DNA of 64,000 bases, taken from positions 32,001 to 96,000 of the IMG/VR virus record IMGVR_UViG_3300012952_003952; one strand, given 5' to 3'. Within the stretch, counting starts at the first letter, position 1, and each line of letters begins with the position of its first letter. The translations under genes and the position numbers were made by a program. Source of the stretch: a virus. Lineage: Duplodnaviria; Caudoviricetes. Positions 55,142-64,000 of the stretch are shown piece by piece. The notes under the pieces were generated by a model, which saw nothing but the letters and a program-made list of their open reading frames with translations, did no database searches and was not told the origin of the DNA.

Positions 55142-58100
55142 TGGCAAAACGCCCGACCAGCTTTTATACTAAAGGCGGATTATTTTCCCCGCGATTAGTA
55201 ACAAAAATCGCTCAAGAAGATCCTACGATTTTATCCCAAGATACAACTGCGCTTTCTGGATCTTTGATAGGCGGAAATTCTTGGAAGTTTGACGGCCCGG
55301 GCGCTCCATTTAAAAGCACGCAGCAAATACCAATTGACTGGTCTCAATTTTTAAACCATACTTTTTTTAATTCTGCAGAGTCTAAAGTAAACGTAACATT
55401 TGACACAATAATCAACTATTTTCCTTTTGATGGAAATACAGCTCAAACTGATAAATTCTTAGAAAATCTTACTGGATTTGAGAAGTGGGTATATGATAAA
55501 TGGCCAAAACACCTTGGCTGGTTATTTTTCTCGGGCTCTGCAGGTCACGCTTCTTCCGATGTGGGCAGCTATATTAAAGTCAAAGACGTTGCTGGCGTTT
55601 TATATCCATCGCTCTCTAAAAGAAAAGATGCAGCCACAGTTTTAGACCCTAAGTCAAAAAGTTTTTCTTTGGAATTTTATATTCATGTACCCAAAGAAGC
55701 CAATGGCCGTCAAGTAATCTTTCAAAAAAAGGGCGACTCAGGTGGCAATTGGGCTGGCGGGTTTACTATCGGACTTTTACCCGCGGGCGCAGTACAACGC
55801 CCAGCTATTAAGTTTTTAGTATCTAGTGGCACAACAGTTCAGAGCTGTATAATGCCTATAAGACGTGGCGGATTCCGACACATCGCATGTGTGTTTGATC
55901 GTCAAACAACTTCATTCCCGCAACTAAAAATGTATCTATCTGGAAAATTGATGGCTACTTCATCTATTATTGCTAGCATTGGTCCATTTGCGGGTGGGGC
56001 GCAAGATTTATTAATAGGTTCCGGTTCACACCATATCAATTTCCAGCCGGCAGAAACATTTTCAGGCTCTATAGACGAGTTTAAGTTTTATCACGGACTA
56101 AGGACAGAGTATACGATTATGACACAAATGTCGGCATCTGCTCAGCCTTCTCCAAAATTAAAACTTTATTTTAAATTCAATGAAGGCACTGGATCTTATC
56201 CTAATAATAATGTTTGCTTAGATTCTTCCGGCAACTCTCTTCATTCTAGAATAGAAAATTTTTCTAAATACGCCACAGCTACATCTAATTTAAGAGATTT
56301 ACGGAATTTAAAACACCCGATAATTTATGAAGATCGATCTTTGAGTCCAGTGTTATTTCCTGCTCAACCAGACGTTGTAGCTTTAAACACTGATCTAATG
56401 GGCTCAGCCAGTTTATACGACGCTAACAACCCCAACTTAATAACTAAGCTGATACCCCAGCATTATTTAGTAGAAGCTTCTGCCGCCGAGGGATATGATG
56501 ATGAGTATGCGGGAAGAGGAGATGCTTTTTCTTACGTTAAAGATTTCCCTGGCGGCGGTAAAATGGGGTCACCTCAAATTATAGCAAGTGTTCTTTTTTC
56601 TTGGGCTAAATTTTTTGATGAGATGAAAATTTATTTAGACCAATTCGGCGATCTCTTAAAAATGGATTATGATAGCGAGGGAACTGTTTCAGACCAAATG
56701 CTTATGTTTTTTGCCAATTACTATGGATTTGATTTGCCTACAAACTTTGCAAATTCTGATATAGCTCAATTTCATTTTGGTAAAAATTTAAACTATGAAC
56801 CATCTTTATCTTCTACTACTTTAAGAGTAATCCAAAACCAAGTATGGAGAAGGATCTTAGTAAATATACAGCACATTATTAGGTCTAAAGGAACCATTCA
56901 TGGAGTGAAAGCTCTGCTAAGAGCAGCTGGTATAAACCCAGAAAATAATTTTAGATTTAGAGAATTTGGAGGATCTAGAACTATAACAACGGCAGACTCT
57001 AGAAGAAAACTAACGCAAGTTTCTAAAATGATTAGTATGACTGGTTCTCTTTCTACTTTTCGATCTCCGTTCTTAAGTGGTTCTAGAGTAGAGGTCGGCT
57101 GGCCAACCCCTCAAGGCACATTTGTTCAAAAAGATAAATTTTCTCCTCACGGTATATCAAATGCAGCTTCAGATGGACTTTTTACTACAGCTTCTTGGAC
57201 TTATGAAGGAATATATTCTTTTGGAAACTTAGTGCAAGATACGCCACCAACTCAAAGCTTAGTAAGAATGTATGTGAGCGGAACTCATGCTTCTACGTCT
57301 AAAGGAGCGTGTATATTAAACGTTGTTGCTTGCGGTACAGGAAGCGGAATTTACGAATCTGGATCCGTTAATCTTTTTGTGAGATCTGGCATATCCGATA
57401 CCGCCTCTACTTTAGAATTAAAGATTAACGGCGCAAATATCTTTGATGGAGATAAGTGGCATCTAGCTGTAGGAAGAGATATTGGTACCTCTACTGGTTC
57501 ATATGCATCTGCTTCTTACTTTTTAAGAGTTGGAAAACAGAATGGTGGCAACATAACAGAATACCACACTACACAGTCTTACTTTGAAGCTGCCGTGCCA
57601 ACTCAAGATGTATTCAGTACTATATCAGACCATTATAACTTTTCTGGAAGTTACTTTGTAGTAGGGTCTTCTTCTTTTTATGGTACTTCTGGAAACAAAT
57701 TTTTAGATTCAACATCAAAAGTAACAAATGCCCTAGCCAGAATAGGAAAAACTGCTGGGCATGTTGCGCAAGTAAGATTTTGGACTTTAGCTTTGAGCCA
57801 CGAAGAAACCAAAGAACACATTAGAAACTTTAAATCTTTAGGCGTAAAAGACCCTCTAACTAATTTTAGTTTTACTAATGATGTAACAGGAGCATTTGAA
57901 AAACTTAGGATAAATGCTGCTCTAGATCAGCAAGTCACTAAGTCAGACGCTTTTGGGAAAATAGCACTCTTTGACTACAGCCAAAACAACCACCATCTTT
58001 CTGGAACTATGTTCCAAGCTTCGAAAAGAGTGATAAACCCAGAACACTTTAGTTATTCTATATTAGACCCTAAGTGGGATGAGAGATCAGCAGAAAATAA

Positions 58101-58629
58101 AATAAGAGTAGCTGGATTTTTAAAGGATTCAAATATACAAGAGTTTAATACTTTGAAAGCTCCAGTAAGAAAAGTTAATCCATCAATCGCGCAATACGAC
58201 GACACTAGATTTAGTATAGAGGTTTCTGCAGTGAGAGCCCTTAATGAAGATATTGTTTTGTTACTTTCTTCTTTAGATTGGTTTAATAACGCTATAGGAG
58301 CTCCAGAGCTCCAGTTTGCAGAAAGTTATCCCGAGCTAGAAAAATTAAGAAGAGTGTATTTTAATAGACTAGATGGAAAACTTAATTTTAAGCAGTTGTT
58401 TGAATTTTTTAAATGGTTTGATGATTCTCTTTCCCTATTGGTTGAAAGGCTTATTCCAAGGCACACTAATTTCTTAGGAATAAACTTTGTTATTGAACCT
58501 CATATGCTAGAAAGAGCAAAGCACAATTATGCTTCTCAAGCTTCTATTTATCTTGGTGAAAATGATAGAAGAGGTTTAGATACTGAACTGCTTCTTAGAC
58601 AAATAGTTATCACGTTGAGGAAATTCTAA
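55141..58629 (+). CDS. Large baseplate/tail protein with LamG-like domains and a gp7/P2-I-like segment
   Basis: SFSLEFYI...RHIACVFDR...LYLSG...FSGSIDEFKFY (LamG). L.FFANYYGF...IRSKGTIHGVKALLRAAGI (baseplate). A second LamG-like region with WHLAVGR. Confidence 0.7.
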   Translation: MAKRPTSFYTKGGLFSPRLVTKIAQEDPTILSQDTTALSGSLIGGNSWKFDGPGAPFKSTQQIPIDWSQFLNHTFFNSAESKVNVTFDTIINYFPFDGNTAQTDKFLENLTGFEKWVYDKWPKHLGWLFFSGSAGHASSDVGSYIKVKDVAGVLYPSLSKRKDAATVLDPKSKSFSLEFYIHVPKEANGRQVIFQKKGDSGGNWAGGFTIGLLPAGAVQRPAIKFLVSSGTTVQSCIMPIRRGGFRHIACVFDRQTTSFPQLKMYLSGKLMATSSIIASIGPFAGGAQDLLIGSGSHHINFQPAETFSGSIDEFKFYHGLRTEYTIMTQMSASAQPSPKLKLYFKFNEGTGSYPNNNVCLDSSGNSLHSRIENFSKYATATSNLRDLRNLKHPIIYEDRSLSPVLFPAQPDVVALNTDLMGSASLYDANNPNLITKLIPQHYLVEASAAEGYDDEYAGRGDAFSYVKDFPGGGKMGSPQIIASVLFSWAKFFDEMKIYLDQFGDLLKMDYDSEGTVSDQMLMFFANYYGFDLPTNFANSDIAQFHFGKNLNYEPSLSSTTLRVIQNQVWRRILVNIQHIIRSKGTIHGVKALLRAAGINPENNFRFREFGGSRTITTADSRRKLTQVSKMISMTGSLSTFRSPFLSGSRVEVGWPTPQGTFVQKDKFSPHGISNAASDGLFTTASWTYEGIYSFGNLVQDTPPTQSLVRMYVSGTHASTSKGACILNVVACGTGSGIYESGSVNLFVRSGISDTASTLELKINGANIFDGDKWHLAVGRDIGTSTGSYASASYFLRVGKQNGGNITEYHTTQSYFEAAVPTQDVFSTISDHYNFSGSYFVVGSSSFYGTSGNKFLDSTSKVTNALARIGKTAGHVAQVRFWTLALSHEETKEHIRNFKSLGVKDPLTNFSFTNDVTGAFEKLRINAALDQQVTKSDAFGKIALFDYSQNNHHLSGTMFQASKRVINPEHFSYSILDPKWDERSAENKIRVAGFLKDSNIQEFNTLKAPVRKVNPSIAQYDDTRFSIEVSAVRALNEDIVLLLSSLDWFNNAIGAPELQFAESYPELEKLRRVYFNRLDGKLNFKQLFEFFKWFDDSLSLLVERLIPRHTNFLGINFVIEPHMLERAKHNYASQASIYLGENDRRGLDTELLLRQIVITLRKF

Positions 58630-61400
58630 TGCCAAGTTCTGTTTATCCTCCGATGTCAGCTTCATACAGCTACATACAGGGGCACAACGTTAAGAATTAC
58701 GAAATATTTTCTCAGCGCTTGATTGGAGTGTTAGGAAGAAGCGATAGATCTAAAATGGTGTCAATGACGTCTCACAAGTACGTTACTCCGTTCGGCACCG
58801 ATGTAACTGGTTCTAAAATAATAAACCAAACATCTGATTCTTATTTTGACGATTCTTTATATCAGCAAGGTGGAGTAACTGTATTCGAGGGCTTGGGCAC
58901 TCAACAGTTTGCAGTTGCGACGATAACAATCTTATCAGGTGCCGCTTGGCAATCTGATGGATATGTAGACATTAGATTATATGACACTAACGTGTCTGGC
59001 TCCTGGACAGAAGGTTATATAAGCGCTTACGGAACAGGGCCCCAAGACTTAACAGCGATGACCGGATCTACAGTTGATTGGGATACACAATTAATTGCAG
59101 ATTCTGATGGAGCTGGATTTGCCGGAGGAATGAGGTTTTGGGGACTTAGAGAAGTCAGTACGTCCATAGATTCAGACCCTAGATTTAATCCATATTTTTA
59201 CTTAACTGGAAGTGTACTTCGCCGAGAAGATTTAACTAGTGGAACAGAATATGAAAAAACCGCAGTAATAGCAGCGCACCAAAATATTACTGGCTCGAGA
59301 ATTATAGCGTTAAACTTATATCAAAAAATTAGCCGGTCTTTAAATGACCCCTTATCTCCATTTCATACGCTTCCTCTTCATGTTAGCCTAAGTGGAGTAA
59401 GTGCTTCTTCAGACCCTTCTACACAGTATCTAGGGAGCACTATTACGCTTTCGGTTTCTAAAGAAGGAAAAGAAACAGACCCATCTCTTAACTCCGGCCT
59501 TTCGCCATGGTTAACCGGCTCTATGATGCGGTTTAACATAGGCGTTACTTCCAGTTACGCTCCATATAATATCCAAGTTTCATCTGCTCCAGCTGGATAC
59601 AAGACATTAAGTTTTTCTTCTAATATCGGTTTACCATCTTGGTCTGAATCTAGCGGTTCTTTGAAGATGCTGCCACAATACAATTTAGAAAGAAACAATT
59701 TTGGCTATTCAGAATCTCAAACGTTCACACCTTTCGTCGACAAGACTACTCTTTTAGGGTTTGGAGCTAGCACAAGTGGAAAAGATAATCTTCATCTTGA
59801 CCTGCAAGAATATGTTCCATACTATCGTTCAGTAGTAGACCCAGTCACTGGAGAGACGACTACTGAACCTTGGACCATCACTGATCGATGGCGCGGCCTG
59901 GATGGAGATCCTCATATCTCCCACCGGCCTGTTTTAGCCCGCATGGCTGGTTTTGCATCTGCTCCGCCTAACCCCGGAGCCGCGGTGACAGGCTTCAGCC
60001 GCAGAACAAGGGTTATGACAGGGTCTGCAAATCCTTTTCACCTCGGATTATTTTATACAGTTAATCAATTTATTTCTGGGGCTGAAATAAATTATGGAAC
60101 TAAAGACAAGCCAAAATACAAATACACTGAGGGTTTAAGGTGGATCGATGGTGATTATGACATTGAAAATCTTGACGGAATAAGCTATGGACAGGCGACT
60201 CAGTTTGACATGAATGGAGTTATAGAGCCTTTAGATATTAGAAAAGAAATAACTGGAGACCATTTATGTATAGGCGATTTTTACGATCCAATACATAATA
60301 CACTCAAGGGGACTCTTAGTTCTACCGATAGAGTTTTAAATCATCTTGGAATAACGCAACCTATTGGCGAAACTTATAATATTGTAAAAGATACTAAAAT
60401 CACTCCATTTGAATACATTGATAATGGCGCAGACATATATGGTTTACATCTTACCGTACCTCCACTAGCAGTTCAAACTCCAAAAACTATAGAGTGGACT
60501 TTTAATCGCAAGTTTGATTTGAGGGAAGCTAGCGTCTCTGGTGATATTTCAGATGAAGATTTGGAAACTATTTCACGAGACTATGATTGGGTTGAAACGA
60601 TGACATCAAACCCGCCAAGATTTGTCTTGCAAGAAGGAAAACATAATACTCCGACCGGATATGAATATACCAATCTCGGCTACATGAGACCGCTTTCATT
60701 GGAAGACTTCAACGACTATGAAGATCCATATGCTTTCGGATTTTTTCCAGTGGGCACAAGCTACTCTTTCAAAGCCGATTCTGGACTAGTCGATCCAGAG
60801 GTTATAGCTTGGCACGCTAAACAAGCAATAAATAGTTCGAGCCTCGGCCAATATTTAACAGCTTCTCTTGGCTCGCAATATAGAAGTTCTAATACCGTTT
60901 ATATTACACCAGTCACAGCTTCTAGTGGTTGGAATGATAACATACACTTGAGGAACCCTGCAGATGATCTCTTTGGGTTTGATAAATGGGCTTTTACTGA
61001 AAAAGCAAGAAGTAAATCCATTGGAGGGTCTTTTCTAGACTATTCTCCATATCTAAACTTAGATGACCTTTCAGCTAATCCAGACCCCTTTTATGAAACA
61101 GAGTCTAATTCAGAGTATTTAGAAACGCTAACAAGATCTACTGATAAAGAGCTTCAATATGTTATAGCTGCAAAGCGTGAACTCTATAACTCTGTAAAAA
61201 TATTTCAAGCTTCCGGTTACGATAGTGCCACACCTTGGGATTGCACTTACTTCCTCGGCACAGTTTATTTTCGTAATGAACGTATTTTTGATGATCCAAA
61301 ACCATTTTCAAGTCATGAAAAATCAACTCCAAAAGGAATTGTTTATGAAAACACAATTTTTGGATATGATTCAGTAGTATATGGAGGTTACAAAAAATGA
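58629..61400 (+). CDS. Large hypothetical structural protein (S/T/G-rich)
   Basis: 923 aa, translationally coupled within the baseplate operon. Confidence 0.6.
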   Translation: MPSSVYPPMSASYSYIQGHNVKNYEIFSQRLIGVLGRSDRSKMVSMTSHKYVTPFGTDVTGSKIINQTSDSYFDDSLYQQGGVTVFEGLGTQQFAVATITILSGAAWQSDGYVDIRLYDTNVSGSWTEGYISAYGTGPQDLTAMTGSTVDWDTQLIADSDGAGFAGGMRFWGLREVSTSIDSDPRFNPYFYLTGSVLRREDLTSGTEYEKTAVIAAHQNITGSRIIALNLYQKISRSLNDPLSPFHTLPLHVSLSGVSASSDPSTQYLGSTITLSVSKEGKETDPSLNSGLSPWLTGSMMRFNIGVTSSYAPYNIQVSSAPAGYKTLSFSSNIGLPSWSESSGSLKMLPQYNLERNNFGYSESQTFTPFVDKTTLLGFGASTSGKDNLHLDLQEYVPYYRSVVDPVTGETTTEPWTITDRWRGLDGDPHISHRPVLARMAGFASAPPNPGAAVTGFSRRTRVMTGSANPFHLGLFYTVNQFISGAEINYGTKDKPKYKYTEGLRWIDGDYDIENLDGISYGQATQFDMNGVIEPLDIRKEITGDHLCIGDFYDPIHNTLKGTLSSTDRVLNHLGITQPIGETYNIVKDTKITPFEYIDNGADIYGLHLTVPPLAVQTPKTIEWTFNRKFDLREASVSGDISDEDLETISRDYDWVETMTSNPPRFVLQEGKHNTPTGYEYTNLGYMRPLSLEDFNDYEDPYAFGFFPVGTSYSFKADSGLVDPEVIAWHAKQAINSSSLGQYLTASLGSQYRSSNTVYITPVTASSGWNDNIHLRNPADDLFGFDKWAFTEKARSKSIGGSFLDYSPYLNLDDLSANPDPFYETESNSEYLETLTRSTDKELQYVIAAKRELYNSVKIFQASGYDSATPWDCTYFLGTVYFRNERIFDDPKPFSSHEKSTPKGIVYENTIFGYDSVVYGGYKK

Positions 61401-64000
61401 AAAGAGATTTTAGAACCTCGGAAGTTCCAGACTTAAATGAAAACTTCAGAAACTACAATAGCGGAACTAGTCTTTTAGCTTATTATAAATTTTCTCAATA
61501 TGATACTACCACTAATCAAGTGGCAGACTTTTGCAAAGATACCAGCATAGATCCCCTAACATACGAATCGACTGTCTTGTCGCACGCAAAATTAGTAGAA
61601 TCTAATCCATACCAAGGCAGAGCTGACCTAAAGTCGGTATCTTTAAGAAAGGCTCAAAAGCAGTGTTTTAGACTTCCATACGTTACCCTTTCAGAAAGGA
61701 TTGCTTCTAACCAAATACCAATCACCATCGCGGGTTGGGCTCAAATGCCAGACATCTCTGGAGACGGCGACGCAAATCTCGGGATACTCACATCTATTGC
61801 TGCTGGCACAGTTTTTAATACTACTAATGGAAACTTTAAATTTGTGTATGCGCCAGCTACTAAAAAATTCGAATTTGGTCTAGTTTTAACTACTTCTTCT
61901 GCTGGCGTATCTACTATTATCGTTCCGACAGTGTCAATCTTTGATATATCTAAACCTGTTTCGTCTGGCGATTGGTTTCATTTCGCTATTAGGGTAAAAA
62001 GTACGATTGCTACTACTGACGCAACTGGTGCAGATATTGGCGACATTATTTCTATATTCATAAATGGAGAAAATGTTACAGATGCCCCTAGCTGTACCGG
62101 CGGAGATTCGGGAGGAGGCACTAAATTTGCTGGTGCAAATTCATTTATATTAAAATCTACCGATGTTATCGTAGGAAAAGGACCTTCAGACACGACTGCG
62201 GTTGCACAATTTTCTACAATAAACTTTCATGAACTGGCATTTTGGACCTCGGCTTTAGCAGAAGGTGAAATATTATCTCTATATGAAGCTGCAAAAATGT
62301 TTGCAGGTAGTGGTGTTTTAAGCTTACCACCAAAAGTTCAAATAGACAATAGAGAAAACAATACAGTAGTTAATCCAATAGTTTTAGCCAACGTAGACAA
62401 TCTTAATAATGTTACTACCGCTTCTTTTTTTGATGATACGACAGTAAGATTATTCGATTCAACTTCCATAAATTATTCTGCAGGTATACCAAGACACAGT
62501 CGGCTAATTACTGCTTCGGTAGCTTCTCCTAGCCAAGAACCAGATATTTATTTAAACTCAGGATTAAGAGTTCCGAACTCACCTTACGGATGCCCTTCTG
62601 GGTCTTATGTTTTTGGAAATGCTACTATAAATACAGCAGACAGCGAAGCGTTATCTGTCGATTCTACTTATCCTGGAGTTGGAACTCAATATACAGGCGA
62701 TCGCCCATTTACTCAGCAGAGGTACGGAAAAGGTTATAGTTGGGATATTAAAGAATCTCCAGCCCCCTTTCATCCGTTTAATGACACCGAAGTTTTGGAT
62801 GATAGATTTTCTATTTGGAAAGAAGATTCTCTTATTGGGCCCTCATTTGATGTAAACAGAGATAGCCAACACTACTTAGATTATAAATTAGATTTGCCTA
62901 CTACTTCTTCACGTCGAGGCCGGTCTATAATACCGATAACGCTTAAAAATAGTACTATTTTAGATGCTACTAGATACGACGTTTTAAATCAACAAGACCC
63001 CCAAGGGCCTACCGATGCTAGTAATACAGGATTCTATTATTGGAACTGGAAATCAAAACGCTGGAATCAAAAAGGTAATACTATCGAAGATGGTACGACT
63101 GGAGTCTATCACTTCAGGCTTCTCGCTGAAAGATATTATAGGTGGGACTGGAGCACCGGTTCAGCTAGTGTCTTCGGCTATGGTTTCTTCGATTGTCCTT
63201 CCACTCCAAGAAAGCTTGTAGTTTCTTATTCAGACGGAACATCATATTTAGCAGGCCAAACAGGAGGCCAGCAAAGCTATAGAAAATGTTCTCCTGCTTT
63301 TGCTGGATTTGAATCAATTCCCAGGCAGTTTTATCCAGGGCCAAAAGAAACAAATGGTCTTTTTAGAACTTCTTCTTTAATACTAACAGCCAGCTATCCA
63401 GCTTTCCTCACGTCTTCCTTATATGCTGGCCAGCCAATGATGCAATATGGGGCTCCGCAAAACACTACTTATTTTGCTAAAGAGGCGGAAAGACTTAAAC
63501 TCAGCAATTATATTCAAGCCCCCTTTATTTTAGAAAAAGCAATCCTAACTCTCACGGTTGAAGGTAGAAGAACTTATTCTAATAGAGACAGGTTTCCTGC
63601 CAATAGCTACCCTCAAGATGACTACGTATTTTTCCTATACCGACAAGCAACTGTTGGAAACGATATAAAGCAGCAATTGTCTTCTAGCGATCGTTATCTT
63701 ATATGCAGTGGAAATGTTGCAGTATACGCAGAAGATTGTTGGGATTCAGACTCCAGCGGAAGTATAGCGGGAGGAGGAATATTAGGAGTTAAATATAGCG
63801 ATAAATTTGGTCATCTATTTAAACCGGTAAACTCGCCCGCAGTTTCTTTAAAATTGCTTACCGAGGTGACAGGCGGGATCTTTGATCCTGGGAGTCTTAA
63901 AAATTCCAACAGGAACCGGCCATATCCAGCTAGTCACACGGAAGATCGAGCAGCCTTTGAAGTCACCACTGGACAAAAATCTGTAGAAGTTGTAATGACT
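61397..64000 (+). CDS. Large structural protein with an N-terminal LamG-like domain, truncated by the window end (not in the supplied ORF track)
   Basis: ATG 61397 overlaps the upstream TGA. I translated the frame by hand (MKRDFRTSEVPD...DWFHFAIRV...ELAFWTSAL...QKSVEVVMT) and found no stop to 64000. Confidence 0.8.
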   Translation, partial: MKRDFRTSEVPDLNENFRNYNSGTSLLAYYKFSQYDTTTNQVADFCKDTSIDPLTYESTVLSHAKLVESNPYQGRADLKSVSLRKAQKQCFRLPYVTLSERIASNQIPITIAGWAQMPDISGDGDANLGILTSIAAGTVFNTTNGNFKFVYAPATKKFEFGLVLTTSSAGVSTIIVPTVSIFDISKPVSSGDWFHFAIRVKSTIATTDATGADIGDIISIFINGENVTDAPSCTGGDSGGGTKFAGANSFILKSTDVIVGKGPSDTTAVAQFSTINFHELAFWTSALAEGEILSLYEAAKMFAGSGVLSLPPKVQIDNRENNTVVNPIVLANVDNLNNVTTASFFDDTTVRLFDSTSINYSAGIPRHSRLITASVASPSQEPDIYLNSGLRVPNSPYGCPSGSYVFGNATINTADSEALSVDSTYPGVGTQYTGDRPFTQQRYGKGYSWDIKESPAPFHPFNDTEVLDDRFSIWKEDSLIGPSFDVNRDSQHYLDYKLDLPTTSSRRGRSIIPITLKNSTILDATRYDVLNQQDPQGPTDASNTGFYYWNWKSKRWNQKGNTIEDGTTGVYHFRLLAERYYRWDWSTGSASVFGYGFFDCPSTPRKLVVSYSDGTSYLAGQTGGQQSYRKCSPAFAGFESIPRQFYPGPKETNGLFRTSSLILTASYPAFLTSSLYAGQPMMQYGAPQNTTYFAKEAERLKLSNYIQAPFILEKAILTLTVEGRRTYSNRDRFPANSYPQDDYVFFLYRQATVGNDIKQQLSSSDRYLICSGNVAVYAEDCWDSDSSGSIAGGGILGVKYSDKFGHLFKPVNSPAVSLKLLTEVTGGIFDPGSLKNSNRNRPYPASHTEDRAAFEVTTGQKSVEVVMT

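Larger units (their letters stand above)
1..64000 (+). mobile_element. Fragment of a large/jumbo myovirus-type bacteriophage genome
   Basis: T4-like baseplate genes (gp25-, gp6-, gp5-like), a gp55-like sigma factor, a giant fibre-like protein, PhoH, a Cas4-like nuclease and a tubulin. Dense co-directional operons with Shine-Dalgarno sites and ATGA/TAATG overlaps. No ribosomal or other core bacterial housekeeping operons. Confidence 0.85.

Noticed and set aside
48949-58629. Bacterial eCIS/T6SS/tailocin locus
   Set aside because: It has no sheath/tube, Afp15 ATPase or Tss genes in the window, and the T4-style gp6 and gp55-like sigma fit a phage better.
1-64000. Alternative genetic code or giant eukaryotic virus
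   Set aside because: Long ORFs are intact in code 11 with TAA, TAG and TGA all used as stops. SD sites, coupled operons, tmRNA and baseplate genes indicate a bacterial virus.

Overview
This window is most consistent with a 64-kb fragment of a large (jumbo-type) myovirus genome in standard genetic code, almost entirely + strand. It has four blocks. (1) 1-5.2 kb is a host-interaction/chromosome block: an Hc1-like nucleoid protein, an intact tmRNA (ssrA, tag ANNNYHFESARLAA), a membrane PAS protein, a tubulin/FtsZ-family GTPase with an acidic N-terminal extension, a Cys-rich stand-alone sigma-70 region-4 protein (the only credible minus-strand gene) and a PIN-PhoH protein. (2) 5.2-11.2 kb holds two small lectin-like beta proteins and a 1796-aa modular fibre-like protein, followed by a 231-bp low-complexity CAGT/ATCAGT repeat region that looks like an origin or centromere. 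(3) 11.4-47.5 kb is a ~36-kb glycan biosynthesis island: 11 glycosyltransferase(-like) genes including a GT29 sialyltransferase with all four sialylmotifs, ADP-heptose, dTDP-/dideoxy-sugar and nonulosonate (NeuA/NeuB) enzymes, and tailoring enzymes (carbamoyl- and methyltransferase, B12 radical SAM, 2OG dioxygenase). I could not recognise any flippase, polymerase, ligase or lipid-carrier initiating transferase in it. (4) 47.8-64 kb holds a T4 gp55-like sigma factor and baseplate genes (gp5-, gp25-, gp6-like, LamG-containing), ending in an ORF that runs off the window. Leading hypothesis (inference): the island builds a complex cytoplasmic, probably sialylated/KDN-containing glycan on the virion's own outer proteins, which are enriched in an [S/T]-G-S tripeptide. 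All family calls come from motifs read by eye; no database search was run.
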